A stretch of 64,000 bases of DNA from Bacteroidota bacterium (lineage in GTDB: Bacteria; Bacteroidota; Bacteroidia; UBA4408). The position numbers and the translations under genes are program-made. How positions within the stretch are numbered: the stretch's first letter is position 1; each line of letters begins with the position of its first letter. The notes beneath the pieces were generated by a model. That model was not told where the DNA came from, searched no databases, and saw only the letters and a program-made list of their open reading frames with translations. Below, piece after piece: positions 32,804 through 42,570 of this stretch. The stretch covers positions 16,689-80,688 of the forward strand of contig JBAXQC010000002.1 of NCBI GenBank assembly GCA_037131955.1, written 5' to 3'.

Positions 32804-34567
32804 TTAAGTAACTTTTTCTTTGTTCCTGGAGCGTTCCCCAATTTGTTGTCTCCACATGGCGTAATACAATCCTTTTTCTTCTATAAGTTCTTCGTGCTTT
32901 CCTTCTTCCACCACATGGCCTTTTTCTAAAACAATAATTTTATCGGCATGCATTATAGTTGATAATCTATGTGCAATAAGCACGGTAATATGATTTGGAG
33001 TAGATGACAATTGCCTGATTGTGCTGCTAATTTCTTCTTCAGTTATAGAATCTAATGCAGAGGTAGCCTCATCAAAAACTAGTAAAGAAGGTTTTCTTAG
33101 CAATGCTCTGGCAATAGATAAGCGTTGTTTTTCTCCGCCCGAAACTTTTACTCCGCCCTCGCCAATAATAGTATCTAATCCTTTATCTGCACGGGCCAAT
33201 AAATTATCGCAAGCGGCTTTTTTTAAAACATCTAAACATTCTTCGTTGCTTGCGCCAGGTTTCACAAATTGAAGATTTTCTTTTATGGTGCCGCTAAACA
33301 ATTGTGTGTCTTGCGTTACAAAGCCAATTTGCTCTCTAAATCTATCAAAGTCTATGCTATTGCCATTGTTACCATTTATTAAAATTTCTCCTTCTTGCGG
33401 TTGATATAAACCCACTAACATTTTTACCATAGTTGTTTTTCCAGAGCCCGATGGACCAACAAATGCAATGGTCTGTCCACGATTAACGGTAAAGTTAACG
33501 TTGTTTAAAGCAGCATGATTGCTTTGCTGGTGTTTAAAACTTACATTGTTGAATTGTAAATTTTCTATTTGGTTGATGGTAATTGGATTTTTAGGTTTTG
33601 CTTCAACAGGAATGCTAATAATGTCCTGAAAATTTTGAAGAGAAACTTCAGCTTCACGGTAAACATTTATTATGTTTCCTAACTCTTGCAATGGGCCAAA
33701 AATAAAAAAGGAATAAATCTGTAAAGAAAATAATTGACCAAGCGTAAGTTTGTCTTGAAAGATGAGATACAACAGAAGAAATAAAATGCAGCTTCGTAAA
33801 AAATTTACAAAGGTGCCTTGTATAAAACTTATACTTCTGATGTAGCGAACTTTTTTTAGTTCTAGTGCAAGAATTTTTGTTGTTGTTCCGTTTAATCTAT
33901 CAATTTCTTGTTTTGCTAAGCCAAGACTTTTAACCAACTCAATGTTCCTGAGCGATTCTGTGGTAGAACCTGCAAGAGCTGTAGTTTCTGATACAATGTT
34001 TTTTTGAATTGTTTTTATTTTTTTGCTCAATACACTGCTTATCCAGCCCAACAAAGGCACAGCGGCAAAATAAACTGGTGCAATGGCCCAATGTATGCTA
34101 AAGGCATAAACCATTACAAATATAATTCCAACAACACTTGTAAATAAAATACTTACAAACGATGAAATTAAGCGTTCTACGTCTGTTCTTACTTTTTGTA
34201 ATTTTCCCAAAGTTTCTCCACTACGTTGGTCTTCAAACTGCTGATAAGGGAGTTGCAGAGAATGTTTAAGCCCATCGGAATAAATTTGTGCACCTAATTG
34301 TTGTGTTATCACATTTACAAAATAATCCTGGAAGTTTTTTGCAATTCTACTAATCATTGCAGCACCCATTGATAGTAGAATTAAAAATCCAATGCCTTTT
34401 ATATACTCTTCATTTGTAAATTTTTTTGGAGAAAAGGCATATTCATCAACAATTTTTTTAAAAACGTAAGGATCTAACAGAGAAAATATTTGATTAATTG
34501 CAGCAAGAGTAAGAGCTAAAGCAATTAATTTCCAATAATTTTTTAGGTAAGTATAGAGAATTTTCAT
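32804..34567 (-). CDS. ABC transporter ATP-binding protein/permease (MsbA-like exporter)
   Basis: 6-TM domain followed by an NBD with Walker A GPSGSGKTT, signature LSGGEKQR and Walker B LVFDEATSALD. Confidence 0.9.
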   Translation of the reverse strand: MKILYTYLKNYWKLIALALTLAAINQIFSLLDPYVFKKIVDEYAFSPKKFTNEEYIKGIGFLILLSMGAAMISRIAKNFQDYFVNVITQQLGAQIYSDGLKHSLQLPYQQFEDQRSGETLGKLQKVRTDVERLISSFVSILFTSVVGIIFVMVYAFSIHWAIAPVYFAAVPLLGWISSVLSKKIKTIQKNIVSETTALAGSTTESLRNIELVKSLGLAKQEIDRLNGTTTKILALELKKVRYIRSISFIQGTFVNFLRSCILFLLLYLIFQDKLTLGQLFSLQIYSFFIFGPLQELGNIINVYREAEVSLQNFQDIISIPVEAKPKNPITINQIENLQFNNVSFKHQQSNHAALNNVNFTVNRGQTIAFVGPSGSGKTTMVKMLVGLYQPQEGEILINGNNGNSIDFDRFREQIGFVTQDTQLFSGTIKENLQFVKPGASNEECLDVLKKAACDNLLARADKGLDTIIGEGGVKVSGGEKQRLSIARALLRKPSLLVFDEATSALDSITEEEISSTIRQLSSTPNHITVLIAHRLSTIMHADKIIVLEKGHVVEEGKHEELIEEKGLYYAMWRQQIGERSRNKEKVT

Positions 34568-34782
34568 AGTGTTGTTTAGGATTGTTTTGACATTTTTCTA
34601 ACCTTTAAAATGCAAAAGATGTACAAAATTAGTAATAATAAATTAGTTTTAATGTTTGAACATTGAAATTGAAATTTTATTTGTTTTATTAAGGTTATAA
34701 TAAATTTATTGGTTATGATAATATAAATCTGAACTAAATTATAACATTATTAATTATATTTGACAGAATAAAAAATAAAACA

Positions 34783-35022
34783 ATGTTGACGCTAAACACT
34801 ATAATAAAAGAGATGAAAGATGTGCCAATTGTTAGACTGGAAGAGCTTTATGAATTTGTACATTCATTAACACCAAAAACAAAACAAACGGAAACCATAA
34901 GAAAGAAAATTTTATCTTTTGGTGGAGCATTTAACGATATGACAAATAAAGACTATACGGATTATTTTAACCATACAAAGAAATCAAGAAGTAAACTCTT
35001 TGACCGCAACGTTGATTTATGA
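34783..35022 (+). CDS. putative antitoxin (DUF2281-like) of a vapBC-type module
   Basis: 79 aa. Its TGA stop overlaps the ATG of the PIN gene (ATGA coupling). The N-terminus LEELYEFVHSL resembles DUF2281 antitoxins. Confidence 0.45.
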   Translation: MLTLNTIIKEMKDVPIVRLEELYEFVHSLTPKTKQTETIRKKILSFGGAFNDMTNKDYTDYFNHTKKSRSKLFDRNVDL

Positions 35023-35422
35023 AACCTTCAATATTAGACACAGATATACTTTCGGAGTTTTTGCGTGGAAATCCAAAAGTAATATCAAAGTAGATTTATA
35101 CTTGAAAGAGTTTGGGTACATAAATTTAAGTATTATCACTTATTATGAAATTCTTAATGGGCTTTTATTTAAAGACGCTAGAAAACAATTGGTTCGGTTT
35201 GAAGAATTTGTAGAATTAAACAAAGTTATTTCATTGACACTACAAATGGCAAAAACTGCTGCATTTATTCAAAGCGATCTTAGAAAAAAAGGAAGCGAAA
35301 TAGGGCATACAGATACTTTGATTGCAGGCATTTCTATTACAAGTGAATTACAATTGATTACCAATAATACCGAACACTTTAAGCGTATAAAAGGTTTGGA
35401 AATTGCTAATTGGACAAAATAA
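35019..35422 (+). pseudogene. vapC: PIN-domain toxin VapC, disrupted by a 1-nt frameshift
   Basis: ATG 35019 gives MKPSILDTDILSEFLRGNPKVISK, then a TAG stop at 35091. The shifted frame continues VDLYLKEFGYINLSIITYYEILNG...TDTLIAGISITSELQLITNNTEHFKRI, which is the rest of the PIN domain. A 1-nt loss in the AAA run at 35087-35089 explains the break. Confidence 0.65.
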
Positions 35423-35837
35423 CGGTTCAAAAAATACTACAATCAATAAAAAAGATTTGAAAACAATTGGTTTATTGCTTAGACTTTATAACAATAAAGT
35501 TTACAAGAGGATTCATTTTTTTTTGATGCGAGGTGCTGATGAAGATCCTAATTTAGGTAAGGAAATAAATTATCAAAAAAGTAAATATTGGTTTAACATT
35601 ATTTTCGATTCCAGTCCAAATCCCAAAAGAGATGGAGCAAATAATTATGCTTTGGTTTACAACTATTTTTTTCTCGAAAAAATAAACGAAAAAGAAGAAG
35701 TAATTTTCCAATATAGATACAATCCAGCAAAAAAGGAATTTACTTTAATTGACATGAAAACAGGCCAGGTGTTTACAGAAGATTTAAGCGAATTGTCAGA
35801 TGAATTGTTCCAAGAATATGAAAACTGCTGCAATTAA
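35403..35837 (+). CDS. hypothetical protein
   Basis: 144 aa with no signal peptide or motifs. It follows the TA module, and its start is uncertain. Confidence 0.3.
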   Translation: MLIGQNNGSKNTTINKKDLKTIGLLLRLYNNKVYKRIHFFLMRGADEDPNLGKEINYQKSKYWFNIIFDSSPNPKRDGANNYALVYNYFFLEKINEKEEVIFQYRYNPAKKEFTLIDMKTGQVFTEDLSELSDELFQEYENCCN

Positions 35838-35848
35838 ACATATAGAGA

Positions 35849-36493
35849 TTATTCCAATTTAAATTCCTTCAAAAGCGCTGCTGTTTCTGCCAACATCATT
35901 GCTGTAGCGCCCCACACTTCGTGTCCAAAAAAATCGAAATAAGGTGCATTCACAAATAAATTGGTGCCAGAAAGTTGTATTTTTTTTTCCTTTCTTAGCA
36001 CTTCATCCATCAAGAAAAAGTAGGGCACTTCAATAATTTTAAATACCTCTCTTTCCTGAGGTATAAATTCTAGCGTTTCAAATGCAACGGATAAAAAAGG
36101 ATATACTAAAAAATTACTTGGCGGAATGTATAATTCACTGAGCTTGCCCAGCACTTTTATTTGATGAGATTCAATTCCTATTTCCTCTTGAGTTTCTCTG
36201 ATAGCAGCCTGTTCAAAGTTAATGTCACCTGGTTCTTTTTTTCCTCCCGGTAAACTTATTTGCCCACTGTGCACTCCATCGTATTCTATTCTTTTGGTTA
36301 AAACAAAATGTGGTACGTTGTTTTTATCCGGAAAAAAAAGCAACATGGTTGCAGCTTCTTTTGCACTTTTTAATTTCTTGGTGTATTCATCAGTTGATTT
36401 TCTGTTTATTGGCGACATTAATTTTTGTGCCTCAAAGCCCGGTAAGGGGTGCATTAATTTATCTTCTAAAAAATTTACAAATTGATTGTACAT
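35849..36493 (-). CDS. NUDIX hydrolase (CoA pyrophosphatase-like)
   Basis: Nudix box GGKKEPGDINFEQAAIRETQEEIGI. Confidence 0.8.
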   Translation of the reverse strand: MYNQFVNFLEDKLMHPLPGFEAQKLMSPINRKSTDEYTKKLKSAKEAATMLLFFPDKNNVPHFVLTKRIEYDGVHSGQISLPGGKKEPGDINFEQAAIRETQEEIGIESHQIKVLGKLSELYIPPSNFLVYPFLSVAFETLEFIPQEREVFKIIEVPYFFLMDEVLRKEKKIQLSGTNLFVNAPYFDFFGHEVWGATAMMLAETAALLKEFKLE

Positions 36494-36660
36494 CTTGTGC
36501 TGAGGAATTTTTGCCTAAAAGTAATTATATTCATAATTGCTGTGGTGTTTTTTTTAAAACTTGATAAATTCATTGGAAAAAATTAAAAACTTCTTGTTTT
36601 ACAATAATTAATTCTCTCAAAATTCAAAAAAAACGTATTTTTCCAAAATAATTTTTTTTA

Positions 36661-37572
36661 ATGAATCTACTGCGTCAATTGTGTGCCATTAGAGCTACTT
36701 CGGGAAATGAAGTAGTTATGACTTCTTACTTATTGAATTACATCGATAGAGAGAAAAAAAACTGGGCAAGCAAACCCACTATTTTATTTGGTGATGGACT
36801 GCAAGACAGTATTGTTTTAATTTTTGGAAAACCAAAAACAGCTGTATTTGCTCACATGGACAGTATTGGCTACACTGTTAGATACGGCAATCAATTGGTA
36901 AGAATTGGTTCGCCGCATAACAAAGATGGAGATTTGCTTGTTGGCGAAGACCAAAAGGGAAACATTGAATGTGAGTTTAAACTTGGAAAAGATGGCGAAT
37001 TGACTTACGATAATATCAGGCCATTAGAAACAGGAACTACCTTAACTTATAAACCAGATTTTAGAGAAACCGATGATTTTGTGCAGTGCTGTTATTTGGA
37101 CAATAGGTTGGGAATTTATGTTGCATTAAAACTTGCTGAAACAATGGAAAATGGTGCCATTTGTTTTTCTTGTTGGGAGGAACACGGGGGTGGCAGTGCC
37201 GAAAACATTGGAAGAATTTTGTACGAAAAATATCATCTGCGTCAAGCCTTAATTTGTGACATTACTTGGGTTACCGAAGGTGTTAAACACGGAAAAGGTG
37301 TTGCCATTAGTATAAGAGATTCAGGGATCCCAAGAAGAAGTTATGTGAATAGAATTATTGAAATTGCAAAAAAACATCAAATACCCTATCAATTAGAAGT
37401 TGAAGGAAGTGGTGGCAGTGATGGAAATTCTTTGCAACGCAGTCCATTTCCATTAGACTGGTGCTTTGTTGGTGCACCCGAAGACAACGTTCATACACCC
37501 AATGAAATTGTTCACAAAAACGACATTAAAGCAATGATTCAATTGTACACATATCTAGTAAGAGAATTATAA
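36661..37572 (+). CDS. M42-family (FrvX/CelM-like) metallopeptidase homologue
   Basis: AHMDSIG, LDNRLG (the DDRxG position) and WEEHGGGSA (the EEVGxxGA position). At 303 aa it is short and has a D-to-N change, so it may be degenerate. Confidence 0.55.
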   Translation: MNLLRQLCAIRATSGNEVVMTSYLLNYIDREKKNWASKPTILFGDGLQDSIVLIFGKPKTAVFAHMDSIGYTVRYGNQLVRIGSPHNKDGDLLVGEDQKGNIECEFKLGKDGELTYDNIRPLETGTTLTYKPDFRETDDFVQCCYLDNRLGIYVALKLAETMENGAICFSCWEEHGGGSAENIGRILYEKYHLRQALICDITWVTEGVKHGKGVAISIRDSGIPRRSYVNRIIEIAKKHQIPYQLEVEGSGGSDGNSLQRSPFPLDWCFVGAPEDNVHTPNEIVHKNDIKAMIQLYTYLVREL

Positions 37573-37580
37573 TAAATAAA

Positions 37581-38687
37581 ATGAAAAAAGTTTTAACCGT
37601 ATTTTTAATTGCAGGTTTGGTAATAGTATTTATTTGGACATTGTATTTTTTGTATAAAAAATCAGAGAAAGTGCCTATAAAATACAAAATAGAAAAACCA
37701 TTTAAGACAGATATTATAAAAAAAGCAATCGCAACAGGCACCGTAATTCCTCGCAAAGAAGTGCTTATAAAGTCTAATGTTTCGGGTATTGTAGAAAAAA
37801 TATTTGTGCAAGCCGGAAAAAATATAAACGTAGGTGACATTATTGCAAAAATAAAAATCATACCCGATATGGTTTCTGTTAACGAAGCAGAGAATAGATT
37901 GGCAAGAGCAAAAATTAGTTTAGATCAAAACAAAGTAGAGTTAGACAGAATTCAAAAATTAGTTGAGAAAGAAGTGTTGCCCAAAACAGATTTTATTGTG
38001 GCCGATAACAATTATAAAAATTCTAAACAAGAACTAGAAGCTGCTGAAAATAACTTGCAACTGATAAAAGAAGGTGCAACAAAAAATAGCGGAACTGCTA
38101 CCAATACTCTTATAAAATCTACCATTAGGGGAATGATTTTGGATATTCCAATAAAGGAAGGAAACTCCGTTATCCAAAGCAATAATTTTAACGAAGGCAC
38201 TACCATTGCCTCTATTGCCGATATGGGTCAAATGATTTTTGAAGGGAAAGTAGATGAATCTGAAGTAGGCAAATTAAAGCAAGGAATGAAATTAGTGATG
38301 ACGGTTGGAGCAATAGAAAACATGAAGTTTGATGCTACTTTGGAATACATTTCTCCCAAAGGAATTGTAGAAAATGGCACTGTACAATTTCTAATTAAAG
38401 CTGCAGTTGATATCGATAAATCCTACTTTTTAAGAGCTAACTATTCTGCCAATGCCGATATTGTATTGGACAAAAGAGAAAAAGTTTTGGCGTTAGAAGA
38501 AAGTGTTTTAAAATTTTCGGGCGATAGCATTTATGTTGAAGTAGAAGAAAAGCAAGGAAAATATAAAAGAGTGAAAATTGAAACAGGAATTAGCGATGGA
38601 ATAAATATTGAAGTATTGAAAGGATTAAACGGCAACGAAAAAATAAAAGGAAAAGAAGTAGTTGAGGAGATTAAAACAAATGAGTAA
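37581..38687 (+). CDS. HlyD-family periplasmic adaptor (membrane fusion protein)
   Basis: N-terminal TM anchor, biotinyl/lipoyl-like hairpin, coiled coil and beta-barrel. Confidence 0.75.
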   Translation: MKKVLTVFLIAGLVIVFIWTLYFLYKKSEKVPIKYKIEKPFKTDIIKKAIATGTVIPRKEVLIKSNVSGIVEKIFVQAGKNINVGDIIAKIKIIPDMVSVNEAENRLARAKISLDQNKVELDRIQKLVEKEVLPKTDFIVADNNYKNSKQELEAAENNLQLIKEGATKNSGTATNTLIKSTIRGMILDIPIKEGNSVIQSNNFNEGTTIASIADMGQMIFEGKVDESEVGKLKQGMKLVMTVGAIENMKFDATLEYISPKGIVENGTVQFLIKAAVDIDKSYFLRANYSANADIVLDKREKVLALEESVLKFSGDSIYVEVEEKQGKYKRVKIETGISDGINIEVLKGLNGNEKIKGKEVVEEIKTNE

Positions 38688-39237
38688 AATTATTGGCGAT
38701 TTCAATAATAAAATTGTAATTACTGGTGGACCTGGATTTGGAAAATCATCTATTATATTAGAACTAGAAAAGCGTGGCTACAACTCACAACACGAAATAT
38801 CCAGAAACATAATTAAGGAACAATTAGACAATGGCGGAGACATTTTGCCTTGGAAAAATTTAAGTACTTTTAGTAGATTAGTTTTTGAAAAAAGAATTTT
38901 ACAACACCAGGAAGCAGGGGAGGATAACTTTGTTTTTTTTGACAGAGGAATTCCTGATGTTGTAGCTTACATGATGAAAGATGAATTGGAATTGCCCGAA
39001 AAATATGTTCATGCTTTAACGGAATACAACTACAACAATTTAGTTTTTATTACACCTGCATGGCAAGACATATTTGTGAACGATGCCGAAAGAAAAGAAG
39101 ATTTTTTTAGTGCTTGCGAAATTCACAAAGTAATATTGGACACATATTTGCGTTTAGGTTATGAATTAGTTGAAATTCCAAAAGATACTATAGAAAAAAG
39201 AGTAGATTTTATTTTGGATAAATTGCCAAAATTATGA
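38680..39237 (+). CDS. P-loop NTPase (COG3911-like predicted ATPase/kinase)
   Basis: Walker A GGPGFGKSS near the N-terminus. The start is set at ATG 38680, which overlaps the upstream stop. Confidence 0.6.
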   Translation: MSKIIGDFNNKIVITGGPGFGKSSIILELEKRGYNSQHEISRNIIKEQLDNGGDILPWKNLSTFSRLVFEKRILQHQEAGEDNFVFFDRGIPDVVAYMMKDELELPEKYVHALTEYNYNNLVFITPAWQDIFVNDAERKEDFFSACEIHKVILDTYLRLGYELVEIPKDTIEKRVDFILDKLPKL

Positions 39238-39719
39238 ATAGTTTAAAATTTGTATTTTGTTTTTTAATTCTTTCGCTGTTTGTAAAAGCACAAAATCAAA
39301 CTGGGGGATGTATTGATTCTACAAGAATACAGGTAGGACAAGGATTTTGTACCACTAATTTTGAACCTGTTTGTGGCTGCAACAATGTTACCTATAACAA
39401 CGATTGTATTGCTATTTCGCAGGGACTAAATAGTTATGTGCAAGGTCCATGTGAACCAATTGCCGCGAATTTTTTTCCCAACCCACTTACAACAAATACA
39501 TTGTCGCTAGACGTAATTTTAAAGAATCCTGACTTTGGTGTTACTGTATTTATTACAGATTTATTTGGTAAGTATTATTATTATCAAAAATTTAATGGAT
39601 TTAATAGACAAATTGTAACAATTAACGCAGGAACGTTTGAAGGTGGAATGTATTTAGTTGTATTGCAAAACAATAATTTTTCGCTCACTAAAAAAATTGT
39701 AGTACCGGTGTTGAGGTAG
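39234..39719 (+). CDS. Kazal-type protease-inhibitor domain protein with a T9SS C-terminal sorting domain
   Basis: Signal peptide. Kazal signature CTTNFEPVCGCNNVTYNNDCIAISQG (C...PVCG.N..TY.N.C). C-terminal ~85 aa T9SS-CTD-like (FPNP...GMYLVVLQ...KKIVV). Confidence 0.65.
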   Translation: MNSLKFVFCFLILSLFVKAQNQTGGCIDSTRIQVGQGFCTTNFEPVCGCNNVTYNNDCIAISQGLNSYVQGPCEPIAANFFPNPLTTNTLSLDVILKNPDFGVTVFITDLFGKYYYYQKFNGFNRQIVTINAGTFEGGMYLVVLQNNNFSLTKKIVVPVLR

Positions 39720-39782
39720 AAAAAATTTAACACAAAGATTACAATGGGTTTCACAAAGTTCACAAGGTTTTTTGTTTCTCTT

Positions 39783-41363
39783 CTAAAACTGAAAATAAAT
39801 AAAAGGCTGAATGGCGGAAGATTTTACTTGTATAAAAATATACACTACACACACAATTAAAATTGACTGAACTAGTAATGGCATTTTAGAAATTAGATTT
39901 TCAATTTTTACATCAACTTGTTGCGGGATAAAATGAATAAGATACCCAAAAAGTATAAAAAGAAAAACTAGTTTGTAGGAGGTTATGATATCAAAAAATA
40001 AGAATCCAGAAAAGTTTGTAAAAACCTGATTTATTAGGCTCCACGCCACTTCAAATGAGCTTGCTCTAAAAAATATCCAACAAAAGGCAACAAAATGAAA
40101 GGTAAGTATTCCACCTAAAATTTTAAATAATGATGGATTTAACTTTCTAGTGATGGGTTCAAACAATTTTTCAAACGCCAAGGCTAAACCGTGCAATGCA
40201 CCCCAAAAAATAAACTTCCAAGAAGCGCCGTGCCACAGCCCACCCAGCAACATAGTAACAAATAAATTTATGTATTGTCTTAGTTTTCCTTTTCTATTTC
40301 CACCTAATGGAATGTATAAATAATCTCGCAACCAGCTAGAAAGTGAAATATGCCATCGTCGCCAGAATTCTGTAATGCTTGTGCTGATGTATGGAACATT
40401 AAAATTATTGGGTAATTTAAATCCAATTAACAAAGCAATTCCTAAAGCCAGGTCTGTGTAACCCGAAAAGTCGCAATAGATTTGCAGAGTATATCCATAA
40501 ACACCAAGAAGATTCTCTACACCTGAATACAAGGTGGGATTGTCAAATATTCTATCCACAAAATTTAAGCTGATATAATCAGAGATAATTGCTTTTTTTA
40601 CAATCCCAGAAAGTATCAAAAACACGCCACTGCCAATTTCTGATTTTGATGGAATGTGTAAATTTTTTATTTGCGGAAATAGCTCGTTTGGTCTTACAAT
40701 TGGTCCAGCAACTAAATGAGGAAAAAATGAAACATAAAAACAAAAGTCTAATAAATTTTTTTCAGGCTCTGCTTTTTTGGTATATACATCCGCCAAATAG
40801 CTTATCAATTCAAAAGTATAGAAGGAAATTCCCAAGGGTAAGAATATGTTTTGAGGAGTAATTCCAGATTCAAAAATTGAATTAATAGATTCTATAATAA
40901 AATTAAAATACTTGTAATAACTGAGTAACAGCAAAAGGACAATTATTCCAAAAGCACTTAAAAATTTTCTTAATTTATTATTTTCAATTCTTCCCATGCT
41001 AAGTGCCAATGCAAAAACAAAAACAGTTGTTGCCAACATCAAAATAAAAAAGTATCCACTGCTTTTGTAATAAAAATAAACAGAGGCAATAACAATCCAG
41101 GCATTACGAAGGATTTTATTTGTTTGCAATGGGGTGTTGATGAGCAGAAAAACAAAAAAGAAAATCAAAAAAAATCCACTGTTAAACAACAAAGGAGCTT
41201 TTGAATTATAGCTGAGTTGCCCTTTAAAATCAGTCCACAATTTATTAAGCCATAAAATACTTTCAGGTGAAACAAAACAAAGCATTTTTTGAAAACTATT
41301 CCAAAACCATGAAGAGAATATAGCAAATTTACTGTTAATGGCGATCATATTTTTTATATTCAA
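39783..41363 (-). CDS. MBOAT family O-acyltransferase (AlgI/DltB/PatA-like)
   Basis: 526 aa polytopic membrane protein with the conserved His-containing MBOAT region (WRRWHISLSSWLRDYLYIPLGGNR and GGLWHGAS). Confidence 0.9.
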   Translation of the reverse strand: MNIKNMIAINSKFAIFSSWFWNSFQKMLCFVSPESILWLNKLWTDFKGQLSYNSKAPLLFNSGFFLIFFFVFLLINTPLQTNKILRNAWIVIASVYFYYKSSGYFFILMLATTVFVFALALSMGRIENNKLRKFLSAFGIIVLLLLLSYYKYFNFIIESINSIFESGITPQNIFLPLGISFYTFELISYLADVYTKKAEPEKNLLDFCFYVSFFPHLVAGPIVRPNELFPQIKNLHIPSKSEIGSGVFLILSGIVKKAIISDYISLNFVDRIFDNPTLYSGVENLLGVYGYTLQIYCDFSGYTDLALGIALLIGFKLPNNFNVPYISTSITEFWRRWHISLSSWLRDYLYIPLGGNRKGKLRQYINLFVTMLLGGLWHGASWKFIFWGALHGLALAFEKLFEPITRKLNPSLFKILGGILTFHFVAFCWIFFRASSFEVAWSLINQVFTNFSGFLFFDIITSYKLVFLFILFGYLIHFIPQQVDVKIENLISKMPLLVQSILIVCVVYIFIQVKSSAIQPFIYFQF

Positions 41364-42570
41364 ACATCAATGCTTCATACAACAATAAACCTTGCAATTC
41401 ATAGCCAGCCCTGTTTAAATGAAGCTTGTCCTTAGAAGTTAAGCCCTTATAAAACCATTTATTGATTGCTCCAAATCCACCCATTACTTTTTGTAAATCG
41501 TAAAAGGCAATGTTGTTTGCTTTGGCATAATTCTCTAAAGCTTTGCTTGCTTTTCCATTATTCTTGTTTTTGTATTTGTACTTTTTATTTGCATCGCCTG
41601 GTCCAGTAAGTAAAAATGTGCAATTAGGATGCAAAACTTTTAGTTTTTTTATCAAAGAATCTGCAGAGGAAATGAACTCTGCATCGTTGTAATTTTTGGC
41701 ATAAGCTTCATTAGTTCCTAACGAAATAATAATGAGTTGTGGGGACAAAAAAGCACTTTCTAAAATAAAATCAGTGGCAGAATTATAATGCCTAAATTCT
41801 GCGCCATTGTTGCCTACCGAATGGTACAAAACGCCGGGATTATTGTTCATTAAATTTATTCCATGTAAAATAAATCCAGCTGAATCTGATAATCCATTGT
41901 TGGGATTTTCGAAAGCCAAACCTAAAACAGTTTGATTACTTGGGTAACAAAAATTTAAAGGACCATTTAACTCTCTTGATGGACATTGATTTGCAATTGG
42001 TTTTGAAGCACTATCAATAATTACAGGCACAAGATTATTTTCTGTTTGTTTGTAAAAAATCTGTATTTGATTAAAACAATTAAATGAGCTGTCGTTATAA
42101 TTTAGTTCAAGAAACAGTTTTGCATTTTGATTTTTAGTGAAAATAGAAATTCCACAAATGCCAATGTTTAACGTATCTTTTTGATTGACAATTCTTCTGC
42201 TTTTCCATTTTACATTGGATGAACTTTTATAACAAAAAGATTCATTGGTTCGAGCAATTTTATTGGGGAAAATTAAACCTCTTCCGGCATTGCCAAATTT
42301 CTGTTGTAACTTGTTTCTCATAAATTCTGGAAAATAATCTGCTTGAATGTGCGAATCGCCAATGTGCAGGACTGAAACGTTGTTCAAGTCTTTTTTCTCC
42401 AAACTTTTTAATCGTTCAAAAAAGTAGTTTAAACTTTCTGAGTTAGCAATAATATTATCTTTTGTATTTAAAAACGGATATTTTTTTTGCAGAGAATCTA
42501 TTGTTTGTGAATAAGAAATAAATGAAAAACAAAGAAGCAGGAAGGAGGAATAAATTATTTTTTTTGCCAT
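41335..42570 (-). CDS. SGNH/GDSL-like hydrolase family protein (AlgX/AlgJ/PatB-like partner of MBOAT)
   Basis: Signal peptide; block I VLHIGDSH; block III-like LGTNE. Confidence 0.6.
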   Translation of the reverse strand: MAKKIIYSSFLLLCFSFISYSQTIDSLQKKYPFLNTKDNIIANSESLNYFFERLKSLEKKDLNNVSVLHIGDSHIQADYFPEFMRNKLQQKFGNAGRGLIFPNKIARTNESFCYKSSSNVKWKSRRIVNQKDTLNIGICGISIFTKNQNAKLFLELNYNDSSFNCFNQIQIFYKQTENNLVPVIIDSASKPIANQCPSRELNGPLNFCYPSNQTVLGLAFENPNNGLSDSAGFILHGINLMNNNPGVLYHSVGNNGAEFRHYNSATDFILESAFLSPQLIIISLGTNEAYAKNYNDAEFISSADSLIKKLKVLHPNCTFLLTGPGDANKKYKYKNKNNGKASKALENYAKANNIAFYDLQKVMGGFGAINKWFYKGLTSKDKLHLNRAGYELQGLLLYEALMFEYKKYDRH

